Below, piece by piece: positions 26,509-37,544 of a stretch of 64,000 nt of DNA (position 1 is its first letter; every line of letters starts with the position of its first letter). Origin of the DNA: Octopus sinensis (Eukaryota). The stretch is taken from contig NC_043007.1 of assembly GCF_006345805.1 (NCBI RefSeq), forward strand, positions 15,996,001 through 16,060,000, written 5' to 3'. The position numbers were made by a program, and so were the translations under genes. Below the pieces are notes generated by a model. It was given only the letters and a program-made list of their open reading frames with translations, did no database searches and was not told the DNA's origin.

Positions 26509-26916
26509 TTAATGGCAGGAATAATTACGAGGTACCTTGACCTTCTTCAGATTATTGAAGAAGGCAGCAATTCCTAAATGATCTTCATCATCTGCAGATT
26601 GTCTAGAAGAGTCCATAGAGTCTAAATTACCGACACTGTCTTCGGATGATGATGATGATGCGTGTCTGATCGAAGAACTGTCGCCGTAACTTAACTTCGA
26701 GTGGAGTCGTCTTCTCTCTAAGTTATCCAAACGGTGAAGGTCGTGATTGAGTCTTTGTACCGTCGCCTCTAGCAAGGCATGTATGCGATAGAAATTAGTT
26801 TTCTGACCTTCTAGTAACATTTTCTTAGTCTGTGCTCGATCTATTAGCTTTTTAATTACTCCTCGGTTCTCGTTAATCACACCAGATCGATGCGGTTTCG
26901 ATGCAAGAGGTTTCAT
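26509..26916 (-). CDS. Orphan 135-aa protein (basic N-terminus, coiled-coil-like middle, Ser/Asp-rich tract)
   Basis: Non-repetitive ORF from ATG 26916; strong acceptor ttttttttgtcctttcAG upstream (exon start 27059); AATAAA on the minus strand at 26397-26392. No recognisable family. Confidence 0.55.
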   Translation of the reverse strand: MKPLASKPHRSGVINENRGVIKKLIDRAQTKKMLLEGQKTNFYRIHALLEATVQRLNHDLHRLDNLERRRLHSKLSYGDSSSIRHASSSSSEDSVGNLDSMDSSRQSADDEDHLGIAAFFNNLKKVKVPRNYSCH

Positions 26917-27299
26917 TGATGTAATTAATTTTTTAAAAAATGTCAATTAGTGAGAATTTTGTGAATGAAAACAAGTAATGAATGATTAACAAATGACAAA
27001 TCTCGATTCAGTGAAACGATAGATAGATGCTGATGTTAACATAGAACATTAATGAAAGCCTGAAAGGACAAAAAAAAGTGTTACATGTGGAAGAGATTCT
27101 TTCTTATTTATCTTCCGTCGTCGGTCATGGCATGTCGACAGGCTTCGGGTTGTAGCGGAGAAAATGGGCAAATAGTTACCGTGATGAACTGATAGTAATT
27201 TCAAGTGGTGGCTGAGGGGTATTTAGGTAAAGATCCAACCTGATCCCAGCCAACACCGACGATTTACAGAGATAAACAAAGTAAATCTGTGAAGCAAAA

Positions 27300-27745
27300 G
27301 GAACTTCCAATGTTTCAAAGATGGCGGTAGAAACTTAACTGTGATCGGCACTACTTACATGCACATTGTTGACGTCAGTGTCGGTGAAAGAAAGTAGTTC
27401 GTAGAATCGTTTCGCTTAAGTAGTTAATAAGTTAAATTTTACCAGAAAGTAAAACACAGATTTGAATACCATTATAAGATTTAAATTTCGATTTTTCATT
27501 ATGTTGGTTTAAAAGTTGGAGAATTACTTTCTTTTAATTTCCATTTGTAGTCGTGAGTTGTTCGGTGTCGCAGTAATACCAACAGATTTTCTTCCTTTAA
27601 ATTTGATGACGTCAGGATTCCAGGTGAGACAATCACTCACGTGGTCCTTGTGTTGACGTTCGAATAAGACAGGAAATCCTGAATGCCCCTCACCCTACTT
27701 CAAATTCATTTTGTTCCTCCTCTTCGCTTCTGTTGTGACGTTATA
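27300..27745. promoter_or_regulatory. Promoter-like motif cluster (CRE, E-box, YY1, ETS)
   Basis: Full CREs TGACGTCA at 27370 and 27607, TGACG half sites near 27654 and 27736, CACGTG at 27638, AAGATGGCGG at 27318, CAGGAAAT near 27670; locally CpG-enriched and repeat-free. Confidence 0.5.
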
Positions 27746-28114
27746 ATGCAATCATTACGGCAATCCAAGTACACCATACACTCCCTCATAACTTTTTTTT
27801 TCTTATTTCGGAGAACTTTCACAAAATGTTTGCGAATTTTGTGTTCTACAATCTGGAATTCTTACGATCATACAAAAAAAAAAAAAAGGTTTTCCTCAAA
27901 ATTTTTTTAAACCGCCGCCTGCCATAAATCCTAAAATTTCAACATTTTTCGAATTTTTTTAAATCATAGTTTTAAAAAATGTCCGAATCTGCCATTTGTC
28001 TCTTCTTATAATTTCAAAATAATTTTTAAACGAAAAGGAAGGAGATTTAGCTGTTGTTTCTAGCACATCCCACGACCACCAGATGCCATCCTAGTTTATT
28101 TGTCACTCTAATCT

Positions 28115-28505
28115 CTCTCTTTTACTCTTTTACTTGTTTTAGTCATTTGACTGTGGTCATGCTGGAGTACGGCCTTTAGTTAAACAAATCGACCCCAGAA
28201 CTTATTCTTTGTAAGCCTAGTACTTATTCTATCCACCTCTTTTGCCGAACCGCTAAGTTACGGGGACGTAAACACATCAGCATCGGTTGTCAAGCGATGT
28301 TAGGGGAACAAGCACTGACACACAAATATATATTCGTATATACGACAGGCTTCTTTCAGTTTCCGTCTACCAAATCCATTCACAAGGCTTTGGACGACCC
28401 GAGGCTATAGTAGAAGACACTTGCCCAAGGTGCTACGCAGTGGGACTGAACCCAGAACCATATGGTTGGTAAGCAAACTATTTACCACACAGCCACTCCT
28501 ACGCC
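28115..28505 (-). mobile_element. SINE family A flanked by a 102-bp direct repeat
   Basis: Family A motifs; flanks 28006-28107 and 28511-28612 are almost identical. Confidence 0.8.
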
Positions 28506-28684
28506 TCTGTTTATAATTTCAAAATAATTTTTAAACGAAAAGGTGGGAGATTTAGCTGTTGTTTCTAGCACATCCCACGACCACCAGATGCCATCCTAGT
28601 TTATTTGTCACTTATTTGATGTATTTCAATATTTTTCTCCCTATGGCACCCATGAATTGCGGTTGTTTGCCAGTGTCATGTGAA

Positions 28685-28872
28685 TGACACCTGTGCTGGA
28701 AGTACGTAAAAGCACCCATTACACTCCTAGAGTGGTTAGCATCAGGAAGGGCATCTAGCCGTAGAAACTGTGCCAAATCAGACTGGAAGCTGATGAGGCT
28801 CTCTGGCTTATCAACTTCAGTCAAACTGCCGAACCCATGCCGGCATGGAGAGTGAACGTTAAATGATGATGT
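28685..28872 (+). mobile_element. RTE 3' end fragment
   Basis: 'ggagtggttagcatcaggaagggcatctagccgtagaaac...gttaaatgatgatg'. Confidence 0.65.
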
Positions 28873-29169
28873 GGTAGTAACACATGGGTTTTGTTTAGCC
28901 CAAGGGGAGTCCATTGCTGGAATTTAAGCAAAAAAAAAATTTGTAATTTAAATTTTTACACCCCCCACACACATACACACACTAAGCAGGTGTGTGTGTG
29001 CAAGAAAAATCATTTAGTAACAAAAGTATGCTATTAATATAAATTCTTTTACATCACTTTTTTTTAAATCACTGTGGATAAATCCCAGCAATGGTTTGCC
29101 CCTCCAATACATGTGTGATCAATATGGGTTAATTCTAATTTTAGCATCTGTAAGGATTTGGGATAAAGG

Positions 29170-30590
29170 AAATCGAAATCGATCAAAAATCAATGGAAAT
29201 TGTAGTTGTGATACCAGTGCCAGTGGCATGTAAAAGAACCATCCGAATGTGGCCGTTGCCAGCGCTGCCTTGACTGGCCTCCGTGCCGGAGGCATGTAAA
29301 AAGCACCAACCGATCGTGGCTGTTACCAGCCTCCCCTGGCACCTGTGCCGGTGGCATCTAAAAAACACCCACTACACTCACGGAGTGGTTGCCGTTAGGA
29401 AGGTCATCCTGCTGTAGAAACACTGCCAGATCAGACTGGGCCTGGTGCAGCCTCCTGGCTTCCCAGACCCCAGTCGAACCGTCCAACCTTGGCACCTGTG
29501 CCGGTGGCATCTAAAAAACACCCACTACACTCACAGAGTGGTTGGCGTAGGAAGGTCATCCAGCTGTAAAACACTGCCAGATCAGACTGGGCCTGGTGCA
29601 GCCTCCTGGCTTCCCAGACCCCGGTCGAACCGTCCAACCTTGCACCTGTGCCGGTGGCATCTAAAAAACACCCACTACACTCACGGAGTGGTTGGCGTTA
29701 GGAAGGTCATCTGCTGTAGAAACACTGCCAGATCAGACTGGGCCTGGTGCAGCCTCCTGGCTTCCCAGACCCCAGTCGAACCGTCCAACTTGGCACCTGT
29801 GCGGTGGCATCTAAAAAACACCCACTACACTCACAGAGTGGTTGGCGTTAGGAAGGTCATCCAGCTGTAGAAACACTGCCAGATCAGACTGGGCCTGGTG
29901 CAGCCTCCTGGCTTCCCAGACCCCAGTCGAACCGTCCAACCTTGGCACCTGTGCCGGTGGCATCTAAAAAACACCCACTACACTCACAGAGTGGTTGGCG
30001 TTAGGAAGGTCATCCAGCTGTAGAAACACTGCCAGATCAGACTGGGCCTGGTGCAGCCTCCTGGTTTCCCAGACCCCAGTCGAACCGTCCAACCTTGGCA
30101 CCTGTGCCGGTGGCATCTAAAAAACACCCACTACACTCACAGAGTGGTTGGCGTTAGGAAGGTCATCCAGCTGTAGAAACACTGCCAGATCAGACTGGAG
30201 CCTGGTGCAGCCTCCTGGCTTCCCAGACCCCGGTCGAACCGTCCAACCTTGGCACCTGTGCCGGTGGCATCTAAAAAACACCCACTACACTCACAGAGTG
30301 GTTGGCGTTAGGAAGGGCATCCAGCTGTAGAAACACTGCCAGATCAGCCTGGTGCAGCCTCCTGGCTTCCCAGACCCCAGTCGAACCGTCAAACCTTGGC
30401 ACCTGTGCCGGTGGCATCTAAAAAACACCCACTACACTCACAGAGTGGTTGGCGTTAGGAAGGGCATCCAGCTGTAGAAACACTGCCAGATCAGACTGGA
30501 GCCTGGTGCAGCCGCCTGGCTTCCCAGACCCCGGTCGAACCGTCCAACCCATGCTAGCATGGAAAGTGGACATTAAACAATGATGATGAA
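29170..30590 (+). repeat. RTE 3' UTR containing an 8 x ~153-bp tandem array (29337-30549)
   Basis: Units start at about 29337, 29490, 29641, 29791, 29943, 30096, 30250 and 30397, then run into the normal RTE tail. Confidence 0.9.
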
Positions 30591-31249
30591 GGATGTTAAA
30601 AAAATTTTTTGCATAATCGTATGAGGTCCAGTGTTCAGAACACAAATTTTTTAAAAGTTTCTGAAAATTCAAAAAACTGAAAAAAGTTATGACTGGTTAC
30701 ATGGTGTGCTTCAATCCTGCATGGGGTTTTTCTGTTGATGTTCATATAAGACAGGAAATCCTGTTTGCTCCCCCCACCTCGTCCTACCTCAAATTCAATA
30801 CATTATAATACAATTGTTACTACAGCTAACATTGTACATCACAGACTATTGTTTTTGATTAAATGGGAAATACTTTTAAGGATGGGAAATTGTATTTACA
30901 AATGTTTGGGTTTTTTTTTATGTGTCAGTCAAGATCTTTACAAGCCTCACCCACTTTCAGTCTGAAGCCAGTCTGTTGATTGAAAATCTGCCAATGAGGT
31001 AGTCTGTGCATGGTCAGTCTGTTTGCTAGAAATAGCAGTCATACATTTCATTAAAAGCGGGCATGGAATGGTGAAGTTAGATAACGGCTCTAGGAAGACA
31101 CTTCCTTAAAAGAGAAATGTCTTGACTTGAATACCTTTTATCCTACCTAGGCCTGTGCGACTTGGACAGGGTTAGCATTTGGAAATCAAGATCATAGACT
31201 TATGACACACACTGCTGTTATTAGCACCCTCCTTGGGTGCTTGATATAA

Positions 31250-31650
31250 ATAATAATAATGAAATTATTGTATACAGTTCTCAGGTGCACCACAACTTGT
31301 CAAACAGTGCATATAAAGCATATGGGAAGTGAACAGTGTATGAGTCAGATACATGCTTGCATGTGTGATGGGGGGTAGAAAATCAGGTGTAGTGTTGGTG
31401 AATCTCAGGAAGCATGGAAGTTTTTGAAGGATGCAGTGCTCCAACAACTACCAACTGATGCTGGCAGTTTGTTCCATGCTTCAGCAACACTTAGCGTGAA
31501 AAAATATTTCCGAAAGTCATGGAAGCTGTGCTGTTTTCTAACTTTGTAAACCTGTCCACGGGTGTTAGACAGGTGGAGTTTGAAAAGGTGCTCAAAGTTA
31601 TTGTTTGTAAGATGGTTAATAATTGTATGGGTGTCTGCCAAATCTTGATC
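31250..31650 (-). mobile_element. CR1/L2-like LINE 3' fragment
   Basis: ...SNTRGQVYKVRK...FRKYFFTLSVAEAWNKLPASV...SFK matches the CR1-type ORF2 C-terminus; (ATT)n tail. Confidence 0.75.
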
Positions 31651-32620
31651 CAGGCCTGGCCTGGGCAAACAGACCACTGATTAGGCATTACAGCTATAAG
31701 TACTCTGTTTTATTTATTTTATCAAGCTCTGCAGAGTTTGTATTTAGATACATCCAATTTTTACAATGGTAGTGTGTGTACTTAGGTAAATTTGGCTGTC
31801 AGATCTGAAGGGCTAAGGGATTCCACTGCTGCCTTGTCATTGGGTCACGGTTCTTTCATGCTAAACTAAATGGTATATTGTGTCAAGCAAACTAAGTCTG
31901 AAACTTCTTATTTGGGGAAATTTGTGAATTGATGTAAAGAAGTGCTGAATACCAGTACTTAAAATAAGAAAATGAAAGCAATTCATTCTTTTTTTTTAAA
32001 CAAAAAAAGCTAAGATATTTTTCATAGCTTAAAACACTTCTGTTTGAGGTGGGGTGCTGTTTGCTTTTTGTTCTTTTTCTTTTTTCAATTTTTTTTTTTT
32101 TGCTTTTTTCTTGCTGTGTGTGTGTGTGTGTTTTTTATTATTAGTTCTAAGTGCTTGGGAAATATTTCAGCTTTATACAAACACAAAACTGAAAAAATTG
32201 GAAAATCCCATTCATAAAGTCTTTCATTTCCATATACTAACAGCATGACTTCCCATTTCCTCTCTCATCCTTTCTCTAATTCTTTTTTGCTCCTCTTCAA
32301 CCATTTTCTGTCTGTCTCTCCCTCTTCCTCCTTTACTCTCTCAGTGCCATGTAAAAATAAAATCACCAAGTACACTGTATAAACTGGTTGACACTAGAAA
32401 GAACATCCAACCATACGAAACCTGCTGTAGCAGACATTAGAGCCTGACCTGCTCCTTCCGCTCATCAGGTACTGTTGAACCATTCAACCCATGGCAGCAT
32501 GGAAAATAAATATTAAATGGTGTTACTGATGATGATGATGATGTTGATGGATTGCAGTCTGTATAGATATGAACAAAGTATCCCAGTATGTGGTAATATT
32601 CTGAGGTCAACCATTTAGGT

Positions 32621-33216
32621 CAGCGTTTCTCAGTCACTTTTTCATATCTATGGACTCCTTTGATTACTATTTTCTGGTGGACCCTCATAGGCACTTGATG
32701 TTTAAAAACTAGTATTATGCAGGAGTGGCTGTGTGGTCAGTAGCTTGCTAACCAACCATATGGTTCCGGGTTCAGTCCCACTGCGTGGCATCTTGGGCAA
32801 GTGTCTTCTGCTATAGCCCCAGGCCGACCAATGCCTTGTGAGTAGATTTGGTAGACGGAAACTGAAAGAAGCCTGTCATATATATGTATATATATATATA
32901 TATATAAGTGTGTGTGATTATGTTTGTGTGTCTGTGTTTGTCCCTCTAGCATTGCTTGACAACCGATGCTGGTGTGTTTACGTCCCCGTCACTTAGTGGT
33001 TCGGCAAAAGAGACCGATAGAATAAGTACTGGGCTTACAAAGAATAAGTCCCGGAGTCAATTTGCTCGACTAAAGGCGGTGCTCCAGCATGGCCGCAGTC
33101 AAATGACTGAAACAAGTAAAGGAGTAAAAGAGTATATGTATATCTTTCAAAATTTGTATTTATATGGTCTTACATGGACCACCAGGGGTCACATGGAACA
33201 TGGTTGAGAACCACTG
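32621..33216. mobile_element. hAT-like MITE interrupted by a SINE A
   Basis: CAGCGTTTCTCA... and ...TTGAGAACCACTG termini. Confidence 0.55.
32718..33135 (+). mobile_element. SINE family A, full length
   Basis: Complete head to tail. Confidence 0.85.
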
Positions 33217-33420
33217 AAAGTGATGTTAAATAATATACATGCTGAGTACTAGAGTCAATCAAATAGACTTGTCCACTCAGTGGGGGGTTTTTCCAAGTGT
33301 CTATATCAGAATTCGAGGGCATTTTTCAAATGTCACATCAGAGTAATCTAAGGGTTTTGTGTCAAATGCCCAAAATTGCATGCTGTTTTTTAAGATCTTA
33401 ACATATTGCTTTTATTTCAC

Positions 33421-33449
<29 letters not shown>

Positions 33450-33453
<4 letters not shown>

Positions 33454-36105
33454 GTGAAATAGAAAGATGAATAATCTTGTAGTAGATTAATCAAAAGTTT
33501 AACCGATACCTTGGTAGCAAAAATCACAGCAGTAAACAGCACGGTTGGAGGTACAACCATATGGTGTTGCAACCGTGCGTTGGTGCGGATAATTGAAATT
33601 AAAATATTATTGGTGAATTGAAGAAATGGGGCTGAACGCAGATTGAACAGAAATCGTTTTATTTCATTCTACACGTGTTTCGAAAGGCACAATTTACCAA
33701 AATCCGATTGAATAATGGGACCATATTGTGTCTTTCTCTTCAGGAAGAAATAGGAAATCCGTTGGAAAAAACAAAAACAGAACAGAGGCGGAGCAAAACA
33801 AATCGAACGAGGCTCCTAAGAGCCCATGGCCAAACTGTTTATCAATGTATGTTGAAAACTGGTGGTGGGTGCGTTGAAGGTTTTAACGGGTCAGACAGCG
33901 GTCATTCCGGTGGGTGGGAGCATGGGGTGCTTAGATGTTCTTTGTGACCGAGACTAAAGTTCTGACTATTTAAAGAATATTAGGTGTATTATATGGGGCG
34001 AGGTAAAATCTACTTAGAAACATGTGTGTGTGTACTGTTCTATGTGTTCGTATGTGCGTTTGATCACGTGGCCGTCAGTTGGTAAACAGCCCTACACAAT
34101 GGTCACTGCTGTAAAATCCGTCAGGTGGCAGAAAAAACTTTTTATGTGTGCGTGTGTTCGTCTAAACCTGCCTTGTCAAAGAAAACACTGGCGGCGTTAT
34201 ACTTATCTTGCTTATAAATAACGCTTATAAATAATACCTGCGCCCGGTTACACTACTTATATGAAAATAGCCCTTGGAAATAAATTCTGAAAAACTTTTA
34301 AGAGAAATATGATTAACCATTGCAAGGGGAATTACTCCTGGGAGACGAATGGTGGTTTGTCTTGACGACGGGGGGTTTCTTTGACAAGGCAGGTTTAGAC
34401 GAACACACGCACACATAGTTTTTAAACATCAAGACCCTTGTTGACATCGAGGCCTTGAATAACACGTTTGACTTCGTCCTGCGTGATGACTAATCTAGGC
34501 ATTGGAGGTACCGAGTGGCGTTGGCTTTAAATTTGTAGAGGGGAAAGATTCTAAAATTGGGATGAAGTTGTGCGGCACAGGTATCAATATGTGCACTAAG
34601 TGCTATTTTTCTGTATTCCTGTATTTTTATTTGGGATCTGTGGACAGTCATGCGTTGGCGGAGGCTATTTTTAGTTTGGCCTATGTAGTGTTCATTACAG
34701 CCCGAGCAAGTTAAGACATATACTAGGTTTTCTGATGCGCATGTGAAGTTGTGTTTTACTGTGAAACGTTGTCCTTATTTAAAAAGGAATTCCGGACCTT
34801 CTATTAGGTTGATGCATATACCACAGTTGGGTCTATTGCATTTGTTTACTGTGGGTTTAGTTGTTGTGGTTGGCAGTACTTTGGCATTTGTTAGGATGGT
34901 TTTTCAATGATTTGGGTTGCCTTTTGCTCTTTATGATTTCGTGTGTTAGGAGGATTTGGTTCATTCTATGGTCCTTTTATAATATAGGAATGTTCTGGAG
35001 GATGGTGTCAAAAGCTTCATTGTTGAGGGGGTTGTGTGTAGAGATGTATGGTAGAGTATGGGGTTTCGATGTAACAGGTTTAGGGCGTCTAAGTTCCTGT
35101 GTGCTGAGTTTTAGGGCGCGTTGGATCCCATTGTCAATTAGTGACGTGGGGTAATCCCTGCTTGTTAATGTGTCCTTAAGTTCTTGTAGACGTAAGAGAC
35201 GGGTGTTTTTATTGGAGACTATAGTGCAAATTCTCTTGGCTAAGTTGTAGGGAATGTTAATTTTAACGTGTCTAGGGTGGCATGAATTGAAAGGGAGGTA
35301 TTGCTTGGAGTCTGTGGGCTTGTAGTATATGTCTGTTTCTATTTTTTGTTGTGAATTTTAATGAGGATGTCGAGGAAGGGAATTTGTTGAGGGCTGTATT
35401 CCATTGTGAAAATAATGTTTGTGTTGAGCCCATTTATAAGGGTGTGAAATTCTTTAAGCTTCTCGATGGTTTCGGGCCAAAGGATGAAGCAGTCATCAAG
35501 ATATCTCTTCCAGTTCTTCTCTATGTGTGTGTGGAGAGTGGTGCCAAATTGGTTAAGAACGTTATTATAGAGGGTGATTTTCAGGTATCCCATGACTAGG
35601 TTGGCGTAAGTGGGAGCTGTTTTCGTTCCCATTGCCGTCCCTGATTTCTGTCTGTAGAATTTGTTGTTGAAGGTGAAGAAATTATTCTCTAAGATGAATT
35701 TGAGTCCTTCTAAAATAAATTCCTTTTTGATGCGGTGTGGGAGTTCGTTGGAGTAATTATCCAGCCAGAATTGGATAGCTTCTATTCCTAGGTTGTGGGG
35801 GATGTTGGAGTAAAGATTAACTACATCGAATGTTACTAGCAGGGTTTGTTCAGCAAGAAGTGTTTGGGGAGGTGGTTGAGCATATCTAGATCGTCCCTTA
35901 TGAAGCTTTTAATGTGTTTGAGGAAGGGCTTGAGAAGGGTATCAATGAAGTTGCTAAGGCGGTGGGTTTCGCAAGCGGGACCTGCTATTATAGGTCTCAA
36001 TTTGAGGTCATTTGGTGAGGAGACATTGATTACAGAGTTTGTGGCTTCCTTGCATGCCTTACTTATTAATTCGTTTTTATGAATTTTGGGAATACCGTAG
36101 AAGCG
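33450..36105 (-). mobile_element. 5'-truncated Penelope-like retroelement (RT + GIY-YIG, disrupted) with 3' region
   Basis: FYGIPKIHK, LRPIIAG, FDVVNLYSNIPH, GTAMGTKTAPTYANL, WKRYLDD, PFLD; CNRPNCGIC linker; NLVYVLTCSGCNEHYIG. Frameshifts and a stop. Cys-rich linker suggests a Neptune/Naiad-like group. Confidence 0.9.
33661..33751 (-). ncRNA. Type-I hammerhead ribozyme, canonical core
   Basis: AUUUCUUC CUGAAGA GAAAGACACAAU...AUUGUGCCUUUC GAAA CACGUG UA GAAUGAAAU: stems I and II pair; palindromic mini stem III. Confidence 0.8.
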
Positions 36106-36111
36106 GCTCCA

Positions 36112-36335
36112 CATCCACGTGACCTCTTTATTATGACCAATAAGAAATTTTAGGCGCCACACTAGCCAAATTTTAACATCTCTGGAGCCTATTTTCTTAC
36201 CCCAACACCAACTTCCATTCAAACATTCACGTGACCCCTTTATAATGACCAATCAAAATTGTATTGACCATTGTCCACAAGAAATTTTAGGCGCGAAACC
36301 AAGCAAATCTTAAACAACTCTGGAGCCTCTTTTTT
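36112..36335. repeat. Two diverged direct repeats with CACGTG/CCAAT motifs at the PLE 5' truncation
   Basis: 'cacgtgacc.cttta.tatgaccaat...aagaaattttaggcgc...ctctggagcct' occurs twice. Confidence 0.6.
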
Positions 36336-36567
36336 CACATATAAGAGACAGCAAACCCAACATAAAGTCAGATAAGAGAAAAAAATCTATCAGAAAGGAA
36401 CTCTATCTCTCTTAAAAAATATCTTTTGATAAGCATAACAAATGCGCAACCGGTAAAAAGAACTTTCATCTAATTAAATACACCCTCCCTTACTTGAATT
36501 ATTTTGTCAGCATTTTCTTCATTTCCTTTTTTTATATATCACAACTCGTGTTCCACATCTCCTTTTT

Positions 36568-36630
<63 letters not shown>

Positions 36631-37024
36631 CAAACATTGAATGGTCAACCACCTGTTCTTTTAGAAATCTAAGGGAGTGCCAAGTAAAGAATAGACACAA
36701 TATTTTCTTTATTTTTATATTTTATTTTTTTCCCTTTCTTTCTTTCTTTCTCATTTTCAAGAACACACAGTATATGTATGTATGAATGTTTATGAAAATA
36801 TACACACAATAAACTAGCTACATGGTTTCGGGTTCAGTCCCACTGCGTGGCACTTTGGGTAGGTATCTTCCACTATAGCCCCGAGCCGACCGGAGCTTTG
36901 TGATTGGATTCGGTAGGTGGAAGTTACTGCCATGTGTGTATGTGTGCGTATAGCTGCTCAGTGCCTCTCCGAAAGAGAGAGAGGGAATAGGTTCCTCCAT
37001 ATGTGTGTATATATATGTGAGTGT

Positions 37025-37295
37025 ATCATCATCATTTAGCGTCTGCTTTCCATGCTAGCATGGGTTGGACGGTTCAACTGGGATCTGTGAAGCCAGAAGG
37101 CTGCACCAGGCCCAGTCTGATCTGGCAATGTTTCTACGGCTGGATACCCTTCCTAATGCCAACCACTCCGTGAGTGTAGTGGGTGCTTTTTACGTGCCAG
37201 ACGGAGCTGGCAAATGGCCACAGTCGGATGGTGCTTTTTACGTGCCACTGGCACGGGGGCCAGGCGAGGCTGGCAACGGCCACGATTGGATGGTG
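37025..37295 (-). mobile_element. RTE 3' UTR fragment
   Basis: Same family as 769-1240. Confidence 0.75.
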
Positions 37296-37385
37296 CATTA
37301 TTCCCCATTATATACACACACACTCTCTCTATCTCCCCATTTCATTTACCAATAATAAAAATACAGGCAAAACTCTACAAACTGA

Positions 37386-37428
37386 CATTTCTGATGAAAC
37401 TACAGGAGTAGTTGAAAGCACTAATATG
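37386..37428 (+). ncRNA. Minimal hammerhead motif
   Basis: CAUUU CUGAUGA AACUAC AGGA GUAGUU GAAA GCAC UA AUAUG; perfect 6-bp stem II, one mismatch in stem I. Confidence 0.6.
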
Positions 37429-37506
37429 AAGAAATAATACGTGATATGTAAATAAATATATATTTTTACAATCATCCAGCATTCTGAACACCTCTTTCTT
37501 TCATTC

Positions 37507-37541
<35 letters not shown>

Positions 37542-37544
<3 letters not shown>

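Noticed and set aside
29337-30549. Regular repeat array as a CRISPR
   Set aside because: Units are contiguous with no unique spacers, derive from an RTE 3' UTR, and the context is eukaryotic with no cas genes.
34510-34850. Selenocysteine (in-frame UGA) in the PLE zinc-finger/GIY-YIG region, as reported for some Naiad elements
   Set aside because: The Cys codons read here are TGC/TGT; the stop seen in this segment is TAA, consistent with decay.
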